DNA from: an uncultured Smithella sp.
Lineage (GTDB): Bacteria > Desulfobacterota > Syntrophia > Syntrophales > Smithellaceae
Direction: 5' to 3'
DNA: 64,000 bases
NCBI GenBank assembly: GCA_964525155.1
Contig: CAZGDK010000001.1
Location: forward strand, 5,283 to 69,282
Each line of letters begins with the position of its first letter. Within the stretch, counting starts at the first letter, position 1. Made by a program: the position numbers and the translations under genes. The notes beneath the pieces are model-generated. The model was not told the DNA's origin and searched no databases. It was given only the letters and a program-made list of their open reading frames with translations. Below are positions 25,754-34,420 of the stretch, piece after piece.

Positions 25754-26566
25754 TCATAAAAGCCGCAGGCAAAAACAGGCGCCCCAGGTGTCCGTCCCCA
25801 GCGGCCTGGCCGATTGCCACTCTTCGGCGCATTCCGTTGCAAAACCTGAACCCTGCGCCAAAAGGTCAATTTCCGGCTTGAAAAAATACCGCATGGCGTG
25901 CGTTTCCGTAAGTTCCGCAACAGCCTTTGTTTCCCGGTCGCGCACAAACACCGTGTAATGAACATCCACCCGGTTTTCATTGGGATGCAAAACCGGCTCG
26001 GCCAGGCGGGTGATTTCGGTTTGCTCATCCGCCATGCGCTTGACGCGGAGCTCGGGGCGCTCGGTCAGCACCGCAGGACCGTACCAGACGTCGAAAATAA
26101 AAATGCCGCCCGGCTTCAGATGATGTCTGGCCGTTGCAAAGGCCGCCTGCACATCCTCGTTGGCGGTCTGATAACTGATGACATGAAACAGGGAAATCAC
26201 CGCGTCAAAACGCTCCGGCAGCCTTGCCGTGCGGATATCGCCCAGGGAAAAAGAAAGGCGCGGCACAGGGGCGTCCTGCTGCATGGCGGACGCAAGCTCC
26301 AGAGACCGGGCCAGCATCTCGGGGCTGCGCTCGATCCCGCGCACACTGAATCCGCGGTCCACCAAAAGCCGTGCATGTTTGCCGGTGCCGGACCCGAGCT
26401 CCAGAATGGAGTGGGCCTTGGAATGAAGTCGCCGGATCAGCCCGGCAACATAGTCGGCTTCTTCGGAATAATCCTTGTCCCGGTACAAAAGATCATAGTA
26501 GCGGGCGTATTCATTAAACACGCCGGTTGTTTTTGCCAATTCAGATTCCTTTGAATGATTCTTCAA
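25754..26566 (-). CDS. Class I SAM-dependent methyltransferase, TylM1/DesVI-like (putative amino-sugar N-methyltransferase)
   Basis: The sequence YARYYDLLYRDKDYSEEADYVAGLI...ILELGSGTGKHARLLVDRGFSVRGIERSPEML carries the SAM motif I. The C-terminal part, with VDVHYTVFV...ETHAMRYF, resembles the sugar N,N-dimethyltransferase family. The specific substrate is inference from context. Confidence 0.8.
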   Translation of the reverse strand: MKNHSKESELAKTTGVFNEYARYYDLLYRDKDYSEEADYVAGLIRRLHSKAHSILELGSGTGKHARLLVDRGFSVRGIERSPEMLARSLELASAMQQDAPVPRLSFSLGDIRTARLPERFDAVISLFHVISYQTANEDVQAAFATARHHLKPGGIFIFDVWYGPAVLTERPELRVKRMADEQTEITRLAEPVLHPNENRVDVHYTVFVRDRETKAVAELTETHAMRYFFKPEIDLLAQGSGFATECAEEWQSARPLGTDTWGACFCLRLL

Positions 26567-26624
26567 ATTGATAACCCACCTTATTGGTTCAGGATTTTTT
26601 GTGATGTCGTCTGTATTAAAAATT

Positions 26625-27791
26625 TTAACCCGACGCCAGAACGGACTTCACGGCATCGGCCACCTGTTCGATTTGCGTTTCGGTGATCGTAAGTCCGCTG
26701 GGCAGGTAAAGGCCCTGACGGGCGATGCGCTCGGCAATGGGATACCTTTCGTTTTGAAAAAGGCCCATGGCGTGAAACACCGGCTGCTCATGCATGCCCA
26801 GAAAAAAGGGCCGCGTCTCAACGCCTTTTTGTTTCAGTTTTGCGGCAAACGCTTCCGCCGTAAATCCCGTGTTTTCGTCCAGGACCAGGCCGTACATCCA
26901 GTACACCTGTCTGGCCCAGGTTTCTTCGCACGGCAACTGAAGTGCGGCAATGTTTTTCAATCGCTCCGTATAAGCCCGGCCCATCCAGCGCTTTTTGGCG
27001 ACAATGTCATCCATGCGCTCCATCTGCCCCAGCCCGATGGCCGCCTGCAGATTGGTCAGACGGAAGTTATGCCCGATTTGGGTATGATAAAAGCGGCGCT
27101 GCGGTTGGAAACAGAGATTGCGCAGACTTCTTGCTTTGTCGGCGTAACCGGGATCGTTGGTCAAAATCATTCCGCCTTCGCCGGTCGTAATCAGTTTATT
27201 GGCGTAAAAACTGAAGACGCTGATGTCGCCTAAACTCCCGCAGCGCAGCCAACGCGGATTTTGCGTATCGCGCCCGCTCAGATATTCGGCGCCGTGAACT
27301 TCCGCCGCGTCTTCGATCATTTTCAAATCATATTTTCGGGCCAGCGCGAAAATCGGGTCCATATCGACCGGATGTCCGTAAATATGGACCGGCATAATGG
27401 CCTTGAGCCTGCCTTCACCCCGGCGCATTTCGGCTTCCACTTTTTCCCGCACCTGCTCCACATCCATGCACCAGGTGCGGGGATCACAGTCCACCAGCAC
27501 CGGAATGCCGCCCGCGTAAACAATCGCCTGCGCGCAGGATATAATCGTGAAGGTGGGCAAAATAATCTTGTCGCCCGGCTGAATGTCCAGACAGCCCACC
27601 GCCGCCTGAAGCGCCGTGGTCCCGTTGCTCATCGCCACGCCGTATTTCATGCCGCAGTACTTAGCCCACTTTGTTTCAAATTCCTCGATAAAGCGGCCCG
27701 CCGACGAAATCCAGCCGGTACGCAGGCATTCATTGACATATTCCATTTCTTTTTCGCCGATAACCGGTTCGTTGACAGGAATCATGGACAC
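26625..27791 (-). CDS. DegT/DnrJ/EryC1/StrS-family PLP-dependent sugar aminotransferase
   Basis: It contains SNGTTALQ, DAAEVHGA, SFYANKLITTGEGGMILTND (PLP lysine) and HNFRLTNLQAAIGLGQMER. Confidence 0.9.
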   Translation of the reverse strand: MSMIPVNEPVIGEKEMEYVNECLRTGWISSAGRFIEEFETKWAKYCGMKYGVAMSNGTTALQAAVGCLDIQPGDKIILPTFTIISCAQAIVYAGGIPVLVDCDPRTWCMDVEQVREKVEAEMRRGEGRLKAIMPVHIYGHPVDMDPIFALARKYDLKMIEDAAEVHGAEYLSGRDTQNPRWLRCGSLGDISVFSFYANKLITTGEGGMILTNDPGYADKARSLRNLCFQPQRRFYHTQIGHNFRLTNLQAAIGLGQMERMDDIVAKKRWMGRAYTERLKNIAALQLPCEETWARQVYWMYGLVLDENTGFTAEAFAAKLKQKGVETRPFFLGMHEQPVFHAMGLFQNERYPIAERIARQGLYLPSGLTITETQIEQVADAVKSVLASG

Positions 27792-28213
27792 ACCTCGTCA
27801 AAGCGCGTTTTGTCTCCGTCGCCGGCGTAGGGCCCCTGCTTGACCTCGATCATCGTGGTTTCCTCGATCATCTCCAGCGAATGACCGCCGCCGCAAAGCA
27901 AAATGACGTCGCCGGTGACGAGAATTCTGGAGTCAATGAAAACGCGCTCCGACGTAAAAAGATTCACCTTGACTTTGCCGCGCTTGATGATGAGCACTTC
28001 CTGCGTATAAAGGACCTGCCGCGCCAGAAAATTATGAACATGCGCGGCGATTTTGTGGCCCGGCGGATGCGTCATGGCGGCCAGCTGCTGAGAGAAGGTC
28101 GGTGGTGTAAAAAAATGAATGCCCGGTTCGTCAAAATCGTTGCGAATAATCAGCGCGATGGGCTCTATGCCGTGGACAACAGTCTCAATGTGCTTTTCCT
28201 TCATGATATCCAA
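27782..28213 (-). CDS. Small cupin-fold protein (candidate sugar-nucleotide ketoisomerase/epimerase, WbuC/FdtA-like by context)
   Basis: 143 aa with cupin His motifs (GHKIAAHVH ... GGGHSLE). It overlaps the aminotransferase start by 10 nt. The specific activity cannot be supported from sequence alone. Confidence 0.55.
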   Translation of the reverse strand: MDIMKEKHIETVVHGIEPIALIIRNDFDEPGIHFFTPPTFSQQLAAMTHPPGHKIAAHVHNFLARQVLYTQEVLIIKRGKVKVNLFTSERVFIDSRILVTGDVILLCGGGHSLEMIEETTMIEVKQGPYAGDGDKTRFDEVCP

Positions 28214-28317
28214 TGTCCTCCTTCATTTTCACGTCGCATTCCAAAAATCGAGAATACATATTTAAGATGGAAACCAGACTGTTTGCCATCCGATATCAAT
28301 TGTAAACAAACGTAAAG

Positions 28318-28333
28318 TGCAATATGTATACCA
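28318..28333 (-). promoter_or_regulatory. Candidate sigma-54 (-24/-12) promoter for the glycosylation cluster
   Basis: The minus strand reads TGGTATACATATTGCA, that is TGGYAY-N5-TTGCA with correct GG/GC spacing. It lies about 100 nt upstream of the cupin ATG (28213). TGGGACA repeats sit 90-130 bp further upstream, beyond an AT-rich spacer. Confidence 0.4.
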
Positions 28334-28418
28334 TAAAAAGCATAAATTTCTTATCTATTTGAAATTTTTTGGTATCCATCATAAATTAACGGCATGAAGA
28401 ATCCCGCCTACAGCATGA

Positions 28419-28460
28419 TGGGACACAACTGTCCTAATTAATGAAACATCCATGGGACAC
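28419..28460. promoter_or_regulatory. TGGGACA-N4-TGTCCTA imperfect inverted repeat plus a third TGGGACA copy (putative activator site)
   Basis: TGGGACAcaacTGTCCTA occupies 28419..28436 and CATGGGACAC occupies 28451..28460. This is the same heptamer as the 14951..15027 cluster. Confidence 0.4.
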
Positions 28461-28478
28461 GAAAGATACTCTTTGCGA

Positions 28479-30161
28479 CTACGTTTTTCGGTACTCGTAG
28501 GCCAGATGCTTTTTCGGCACACCCACGTCGATCAAGTCCCATGGCAGGAGTTCATCGACGTCTTTTTCGCGATACACATAAAAATCGGGATTAACGTTAA
28601 CGGCCTTGAGGGCGCGCGTCCAGTTGCCGCCCGCGCGATGCACCGCCAGCAGGATATCGGCCACGCGCCGGTCGCCCAGCGATAAAAGCGCCTGTACGTA
28701 ATTCCATTTCGGCACATCGGCAATGACATTAATTTGCTTGTCCAGTTTGAACGCCTGGAAAATTTTTTTTATTTTTTTGGCAACCGCCTGAACATCGGCA
28801 AGGGCACACCATTGCAGCGGCGTGCGGGGTTTGGGAATGAACTGGTTGATGCTCAGCGTGATGCGCCGGAATTTCTTCTTGCCTTGAGTTCGATTAAGCG
28901 CCGTGTGCTGTATTTTTTTTGCCAGGTCAATAATCGCGTCGATGTCATCATCACGCTCCGTCGGCAACCCCACCATGAAATACAGGCGCAGATTGACGAT
29001 GTCTTTTTCAATCAGGCGTCCGGCGGCATCGAGAATATCCGCCTCCGTAATGCCCTTGCGCAACACATTTCGCAGGCGCTGGGAGCCCGCCTCGGGCGCG
29101 AGCGCGACTGTTTCAATGCCGCAGGCCTTGAGAAGGTCCAGCATGTCGTCTCGAATCTGATCCACGCGCAAAGACCCGATGCCCGCCTGGCCGCCCCGCT
29201 CGATGATATAGCGGCCGATGCGGATCAGATCGGGATGATCGGACACCGCCGTGCCGACCAGGCCGATTTTCTTTTTTCGCGCAAGCCCTGCGTCCACGGC
29301 CCGTGTAATTTCTTCGTACGAACGAAAGCGCGGTGGCGCGTATACATAGCCTGCCGCGCAGAAACGGCACAGATGCGGACAACCGCGGTTGACTTCCACC
29401 AGATACATGTCCGCCATTTCCGTGTCCGGCGAACTGACCGTTTCGGTTGTGCAAAAGGCGTCAATGTCTTTAATGGCAGGTATTTCAATGACCCGGGGCA
29501 ATCCGTTTTCGTTGGGTGCGACGCTCTTGATTTTCCCGTCCGGGAAATACGCCACGGCATACAAAGACGGAACATAAACTTGCGCTGTCTGCCGCTGGAG
29601 ATGCACAAGCAGCGCTCGGCGTTCCAGATTCAAATGACGGCCCTGCTCATACGCGCAGGCAAATGCGGGCAGCGCTTCCTCGGCCTCGCCAAGAATAAAG
29701 GCGTCAAAAAAATCGGCCAGCGGTTCGGGATTGAGCGAAAGGGCAATGCCACCGCCAATCACCAGCGGGTGCGCCTCCGTGCGGTCGCGGGCCAGAAGCG
29801 GAATGCCCACCGCATCCAGCATTTTTATAATATTGGGATAATCGTTTTCAAAAGAGACGGAAAAAGCAAGAAGATCAAAATCGCGAAGCGGTTTTTGGGT
29901 TTCAAGACTTGCCATTTCCGCCGTTCCGGCGACGCATTCGGCATCGTCGCCGGTCACGGATAGAAACGCTCTTTCACAAAGAAAGGAGGGGAGTTCGTTA
30001 ATAATCCTGTAAACGGTCTGAAAGCCCAGGTTGGCCATGCCGACCCGATAAACATGGGGATAGGCCAGGCATACCGAAAACCCCGCGCCCCAGACTTTTT
30101 TCACGAAACCCGTCTCGTGCGCGAGCAGGGCTTCGTATTTTTTTCTTTGCTTCCAGTTCAT
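28479..30161 (-). CDS. B12-binding-domain radical SAM protein (uncharacterised family)
   Basis: 560 aa. The radical SAM cluster motif is NRGCPHLCRFCAAG (Cx3Cx2C). The N-terminal Rossmann-like part is typical of B12-binding rSAMs. It lies immediately downstream of ftsZ on the same strand. Confidence 0.85.
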   Translation of the reverse strand: MNWKQRKKYEALLAHETGFVKKVWGAGFSVCLAYPHVYRVGMANLGFQTVYRIINELPSFLCERAFLSVTGDDAECVAGTAEMASLETQKPLRDFDLLAFSVSFENDYPNIIKMLDAVGIPLLARDRTEAHPLVIGGGIALSLNPEPLADFFDAFILGEAEEALPAFACAYEQGRHLNLERRALLVHLQRQTAQVYVPSLYAVAYFPDGKIKSVAPNENGLPRVIEIPAIKDIDAFCTTETVSSPDTEMADMYLVEVNRGCPHLCRFCAAGYVYAPPRFRSYEEITRAVDAGLARKKKIGLVGTAVSDHPDLIRIGRYIIERGGQAGIGSLRVDQIRDDMLDLLKACGIETVALAPEAGSQRLRNVLRKGITEADILDAAGRLIEKDIVNLRLYFMVGLPTERDDDIDAIIDLAKKIQHTALNRTQGKKKFRRITLSINQFIPKPRTPLQWCALADVQAVAKKIKKIFQAFKLDKQINVIADVPKWNYVQALLSLGDRRVADILLAVHRAGGNWTRALKAVNVNPDFYVYREKDVDELLPWDLIDVGVPKKHLAYEYRKT

Positions 30162-30217
30162 GGACCTCTCATGGCTTCAAGCCCCGTTCAACCGGCTTGC
30201 AAAACCACGAAGAATTT

Positions 30218-31369
30218 TTAATCCGCCTGACGGCGCAAAAATGTCGGAATCTCGATGTCGACATTTTCATTTTCATCGTTGATGCCCATGGTCAGCACAC
30301 CGGACTCGCCGCGCGTCTTTTCCTTCCGCAGAAACGTGGGGGTCGCCAGATTTTCCTTGCGGAACCCGCCCAGATGCGCCACGTTGGCCGGCGCCTGTTT
30401 CTTTTTCATGGCGTCTTCAAAGCCGGTGGCAATGACCGTGATGCGGATATCGTCGCCCATCGACTCGTCAATGACCGTGCCGAAAATAATATTGGCGTCT
30501 TCGTGGGCTTCCGCCTGGATGAGCGACGAGGCTTCGTTGACTTCGTACAGGCTTAAGTCCGCGCCGCCCGTGATGTTAAGCAGAATGCCATGCGCGCCCT
30601 GAATCGTGTTGTCTTCCAGAAGCGGCGATGAAATGGCCCGCTGCGCCGCCTCGACCGCGCGGTTTTCACCTGTTGACGTGCCAGTGCCCATGAGCGCCAT
30701 GCCCATATTGCTCATGATATTTTTCACGTCGGCGAAATCGAGGTTGATCAAACCGGGAACGACGATCAGATCGGAGATGCCCTTGACGGCCTGATACAGA
30801 ATGTCGTCCGCTTTCTTAAACGCGTCCAGAAGCGACAGCCCCCGTCCGCCCAGACTCAAAAGCCGCTGGTTGGGAACGACAATCAGCGTATCCACCACGT
30901 CGCGCAGCTGGATGACGCCGTCTTCCGCCTGCGCGTTTCTTTTCTTGCCTTCAAACTGAAACGGCTTGGTGACCACGGCCACCGTGAGCGCGCCGCATTC
31001 CCGCGCCACCTCGGCGATGACCGGCGCCGCGCCCGTACCGGTGCCGCCGCCCAGACCCGCGGTGATAAAAATCATGTCCGCGCCTTCGAGCTGGCGGCGA
31101 ATCTCATCGCGCGATTCCTCGGCCGCCTTCCGGCCGATGTCGGGAATGGACCCCGCGCCCAGGCCCTTGGTCGCTTCCGCGCCAAGCTGAATCTTGACCG
31201 GCGCGGCCGACGCGCCCAGCGCCTGGGAATCCGTGTTGGCGATCATGAAATCCACGCCGCGCAGCGTGTAGGAAATCATGGTGTTGACGGCGTTCCCCCC
31301 GCCGCCGCCCACGCCAATCACTTTGATTTTTGCCGAATTTTCAAAACATACTTCCGTTAATTCAAACAT
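30218..31369 (-). CDS. ftsZ: Cell division GTPase FtsZ
   Basis: It contains [10 protein letters not shown], the tubulin signature [11 protein letters not shown], and NTDSQAL. The start is set at the ATG at 31369 (MFELTE...), preceded by AGAAGGGGG. The track start at 31411 would overlap ftsA. Confidence 0.95.
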   Translation of the reverse strand: MFELTEVCFENSAKIKVIGVGGGGGNAVNTMISYTLRGVDFMIANTDSQALGASAAPVKIQLGAEATKGLGAGSIPDIGRKAAEESRDEIRRQLEGADMIFITAGLGGGTGTGAAPVIAEVARECGALTVAVVTKPFQFEGKKRNAQAEDGVIQLRDVVDTLIVVPNQRLLSLGGRGLSLLDAFKKADDILYQAVKGISDLIVVPGLINLDFADVKNIMSNMGMALMGTGTSTGENRAVEAAQRAISSPLLEDNTIQGAHGILLNITGGADLSLYEVNEASSLIQAEAHEDANIIFGTVIDESMGDDIRITVIATGFEDAMKKKQAPANVAHLGGFRKENLATPTFLRKEKTRGESGVLTMGINDENENVDIEIPTFLRRQAD

Positions 31370-31389
31370 GCGCACACCCCCTTCTTTGT

Positions 31390-32616
31390 TTAAAAAAACT
31401 CCAGAAACCACTTTTTAATCGCTTTGAACCAGTTGCCGAATGCGTTGCCCGTTTTGCGATAAACGGATTCTCCCGAAATATTTTTACTGCCGTAAATAAT
31501 CAGCCCCACGCCGACCGCAAAAGCCGGTGAGTTGGCCTTATCCGTTAACCCGCCGACGCCCATGGGAAACCCCGAACGCACCGGCATGTCAAAAATCTGT
31601 TCCGCCATTTCGTTGATGCCCGGCAGAAGCGACGCCCCGCCGGTCAGCACCAGCCCCGCCGCCAGCAGGTCTTCATAGCCGGAGCGGACAATTTCCTTGA
31701 GCGCCATGTTCAGTATTTCTTCCATCCTGGGCTCCATGATCCGGCCCAGAATCTGGCGCGAGACCATGCGGTCTTCCCGGCCGCCCACGCTGGGCACCTC
31801 GATCGTCTCTTCCTTCGGAATCATCGACGTCAGCGCGCAGCCGTATTTGAGCTTGATTTTTTCGGCTTCCGCAAAAGGCGTTCTAAGCCCCGTGGCGATG
31901 TCCGAGGTCAGGAAGTTTCCGCCCACCGGCAAAATGGCCGTGTGCTTGATGCTGCCTTCCGCGAAAATGGCGATGCTGGTGGTCGCGCCGCCGATGTCGA
32001 TGAGCGCGACGCCCAGATCTTTTTCATCCGAGCCCAGAATCGCTTCACTGGCGGCCAGCTGCTCCAGCACGACATCATCAATGTCCAGTCCCACGCGATT
32101 GACGGATTTGACGACATTCTGAATGGAGGCGGCCGCGCCCGTCACAATGTGCACCTTGGCTTCCAGCCTCACGCCCGACATGCCCACCGGATCGCGGATG
32201 CCGTCCTGGCCGTCCACCACGTAATTTTGCGGCAGGGTATGCAGAATTTCGCGATCCACCGGAATGGCGATGGCCTTGGACGCTTCGATGGCCCGCTGCA
32301 GATCATCCTCGCCGACCTCCCGGCCCTTGATGGCGACAATGCCCAGCGAGTTTTGCCCTTTGATGTGGCTTCCGGCGATGCCGACATAGGCGGAATTGAT
32401 GCGGCATCCGGACATGTGCTCGGCGTCTTCGACGGCTTTTTTGATCGCTTCGACGGTGCTTTCAATATTGACGACGCCGCCTTTGCGCAGCTCCTTGGCC
32501 GGCGCTACACCCACGCCGATGATGTCGATGCCGGTGTCGGTTACTTCGCCAACCACCGCCGCCGTCTTGGTCGTGCCAATGTCGATGCCTACCAGAACAT
32601 TGCTTTTCTTTTTCAT
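31390..32616 (-). CDS. ftsA: Cell division protein FtsA (actin-like ATPase)
   Basis: It contains [28 protein letters not shown] and [10 protein letters not shown], and sits between ftsQ and ftsZ. Confidence 0.95.
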   Translation of the reverse strand: MKKKSNVLVGIDIGTTKTAAVVGEVTDTGIDIIGVGVAPAKELRKGGVVNIESTVEAIKKAVEDAEHMSGCRINSAYVGIAGSHIKGQNSLGIVAIKGREVGEDDLQRAIEASKAIAIPVDREILHTLPQNYVVDGQDGIRDPVGMSGVRLEAKVHIVTGAAASIQNVVKSVNRVGLDIDDVVLEQLAASEAILGSDEKDLGVALIDIGGATTSIAIFAEGSIKHTAILPVGGNFLTSDIATGLRTPFAEAEKIKLKYGCALTSMIPKEETIEVPSVGGREDRMVSRQILGRIMEPRMEEILNMALKEIVRSGYEDLLAAGLVLTGGASLLPGINEMAEQIFDMPVRSGFPMGVGGLTDKANSPAFAVGVGLIIYGSKNISGESVYRKTGNAFGNWFKAIKKWFLEFF

Positions 32617-32651
32617 ATTCCCACCTTTAAAAAATCTTCGCGATCTCCTGT

Positions 32652-33485
32652 TTATAATTTATACTGCGGGCCCTTGCGCTTCTCTCCCGTTTTGACAAGC
32701 GCTTCCTTGCGCTGCACCGTCACTTTGGAAATGTCGGCCAGATCCACCAGCAGATGACCGTCTTTCATGCCTCGTTTTTCCAGGTCGGCCAGCACGACGT
32801 CCAGCTGGCAAAGCTTGCTTTCAAAATTGTCCCGGCCCAGTTTCAGATGCAAGCCCCGGTCCGTCAAAAGCGATATTCCAAAGATCTCATGGATGTGAAC
32901 TTCCGACACCAAGCCGAGAAATTCGTACTTTTCGGAACCGGCCAGCGTCGAAAGCAGCTTGAGCGCATCGCCGACCAGAGGCGGCTGCGTTTTCGCCTGC
33001 GCATTCACGCCGCTTAAAATCGCCAGATCCACATCATCGGTCTTCGATAATTTTTTAAACACATAGCCGTCGGAATCCATCAGATACAAATCTCCGGACT
33101 GCTTCACCAGGGCGACGGGTTTGCGCTCGCGCACATCGAGCACCAGCCGGTCGGGAAACTCGCGCCCGACGGAGATCGCCTTTACCCAGGCGTTGGCGGC
33201 AATGCGCTCGGAGACGGCGGACGTATTGACCGAGAGGATATTCGACCGGGGCCGGACGCCGGCCAGCGCCAGAATATCTTTTTCCGTCAATTCCTTCAAA
33301 CCGCGCACGGACACCTCGCGGATTTCAAAATAGGAGGCGCTCAAAAGCGCGCTGTAGGCCAGCACGAACATCGCGCACAAAAGTGTCGCCGCCATAAGCA
33401 GGCCAAGCGCGGAAAGCGACTCGCCCATGCTGCCGATCAGACGGCGGCGTAAACGGTTTTTTCTGGCTTCAAGATTTGCTTTCAT
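32652..33485 (-). CDS. ftsQ: Cell division protein FtsQ (TM + POTRA)
   Basis: A single N-terminal TM helix is followed by a POTRA-like segment (FEIREVSVRGLKELTEKDILALAGV). It occupies the canonical position between murB and ftsA. Confidence 0.8.
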   Translation of the reverse strand: MKANLEARKNRLRRRLIGSMGESLSALGLLMAATLLCAMFVLAYSALLSASYFEIREVSVRGLKELTEKDILALAGVRPRSNILSVNTSAVSERIAANAWVKAISVGREFPDRLVLDVRERKPVALVKQSGDLYLMDSDGYVFKKLSKTDDVDLAILSGVNAQAKTQPPLVGDALKLLSTLAGSEKYEFLGLVSEVHIHEIFGISLLTDRGLHLKLGRDNFESKLCQLDVVLADLEKRGMKDGHLLVDLADISKVTVQRKEALVKTGEKRKGPQYKL

Positions 33486-34420
33486 GTTCCCGTTCCGATT
33501 TCTTCTCCGATCATCACAATTTCGGTTTCCAGGTCAATGCCTCTCTCTTTTTTGACCGTCTCCCGTATCAACCTGATGAGGATGATCATGTCGGAGGCCG
33601 TGCCCTGGCCCTTGTTCACGATAAAGTTGGCGTGCTTTTTCGACACCTGCACATCGCCGTGCCGCACACCTTTCAACCCCAGCTCTTCAATCAATTTTCC
33701 CGCCGGCAGCCCCGGCAGATTTTTAAACACCGATCCGGCGTTCGGGTATTGCAGCGGATGCTTTTCCTGACGCCACTTCATAATTTCGGACATCCGCTCG
33801 CGTATCCGAGGTCCATCGCCTTTTTGCAGCGCAAAGCGCGCGCTGCAGATGATCGTGTCCGCGGGCAGATTCGATGTGCGGTAGGCAAACGCGATCGCAT
33901 CGCGGCGCAAAATGTTCTTTTCGCCCCGACCGTCAACAACCGTCACATCCGTCACCACATCTTTTATTTCCGACCCGTAAGCGCCCGCGTTCATCCGGAC
34001 GGCGCCGCCTGCGCTGCCGGGAATCCCCGTGCAAAACTCCAGGCCGGTCAGAGCCTCCGTTGCGGCAAGACTCACAACTTTGCCCAGGGAGGCTCCCGCC
34101 TGGGCCTCGATGCTGTATTTTTCGTTCACCGGCGGTTTCACGGCCACGCGATCCAGGCCGCGCATCCAGATCAACGCACCCCGGTAGCCGCCGTCTTGCA
34201 CCAGAATGTTCGTCAGATTGCCCACCGGCAGAAAAGGAATATGATGCTCCTTGAACCGCTTGACGATTTGGGCGAGTTGATCTTCGGTTTCCACCGTCAC
34301 CAGCGCGGCCGTGCGGCCGCCGAGTTTCAGCGACGCGTGGCGGGACATCGGTTCGTCATAGAAAACCGGACCCAGCTTAAGGCCGTGCAATGCGTTCGAT
34401 ATGGCCTGGGCATCCGCCAT
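33482..34420 (-). CDS. murB: UDP-N-acetylenolpyruvoylglucosamine reductase
   Basis: FAD-binding MurB blocks are present (LGNLTNILV, GIPGSAGGAVRMNAGAYG, AGSVFKN). Confidence 0.9.
   Translation of the reverse strand: MADAQAISNALHGLKLGPVFYDEPMSRHASLKLGGRTAALVTVETEDQLAQIVKRFKEHHIPFLPVGNLTNILVQDGGYRGALIWMRGLDRVAVKPPVNEKYSIEAQAGASLGKVVSLAATEALTGLEFCTGIPGSAGGAVRMNAGAYGSEIKDVVTDVTVVDGRGEKNILRRDAIAFAYRTSNLPADTIICSARFALQKGDGPRIRERMSEIMKWRQEKHPLQYPNAGSVFKNLPGLPAGKLIEELGLKGVRHGDVQVSKKHANFIVNKGQGTASDMIILIRLIRETVKKERGIDLETEIVMIGEEIGTGT

Noticed and set aside
28734-29963. 409-aa plus-strand ORF opposite the radical SAM gene
   Set aside because: It is a shadow ORF. The minus strand carries the Cx3Cx2C radical SAM motif and a full-length coherent protein.
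31370-31411. 14-codon N-terminal extension of FtsZ given by the ORF track
   Set aside because: It would overlap the ftsA stop. The internal ATG at 31369 has a strong purine-rich RBS and yields the canonical MFE... FtsZ N-terminus.
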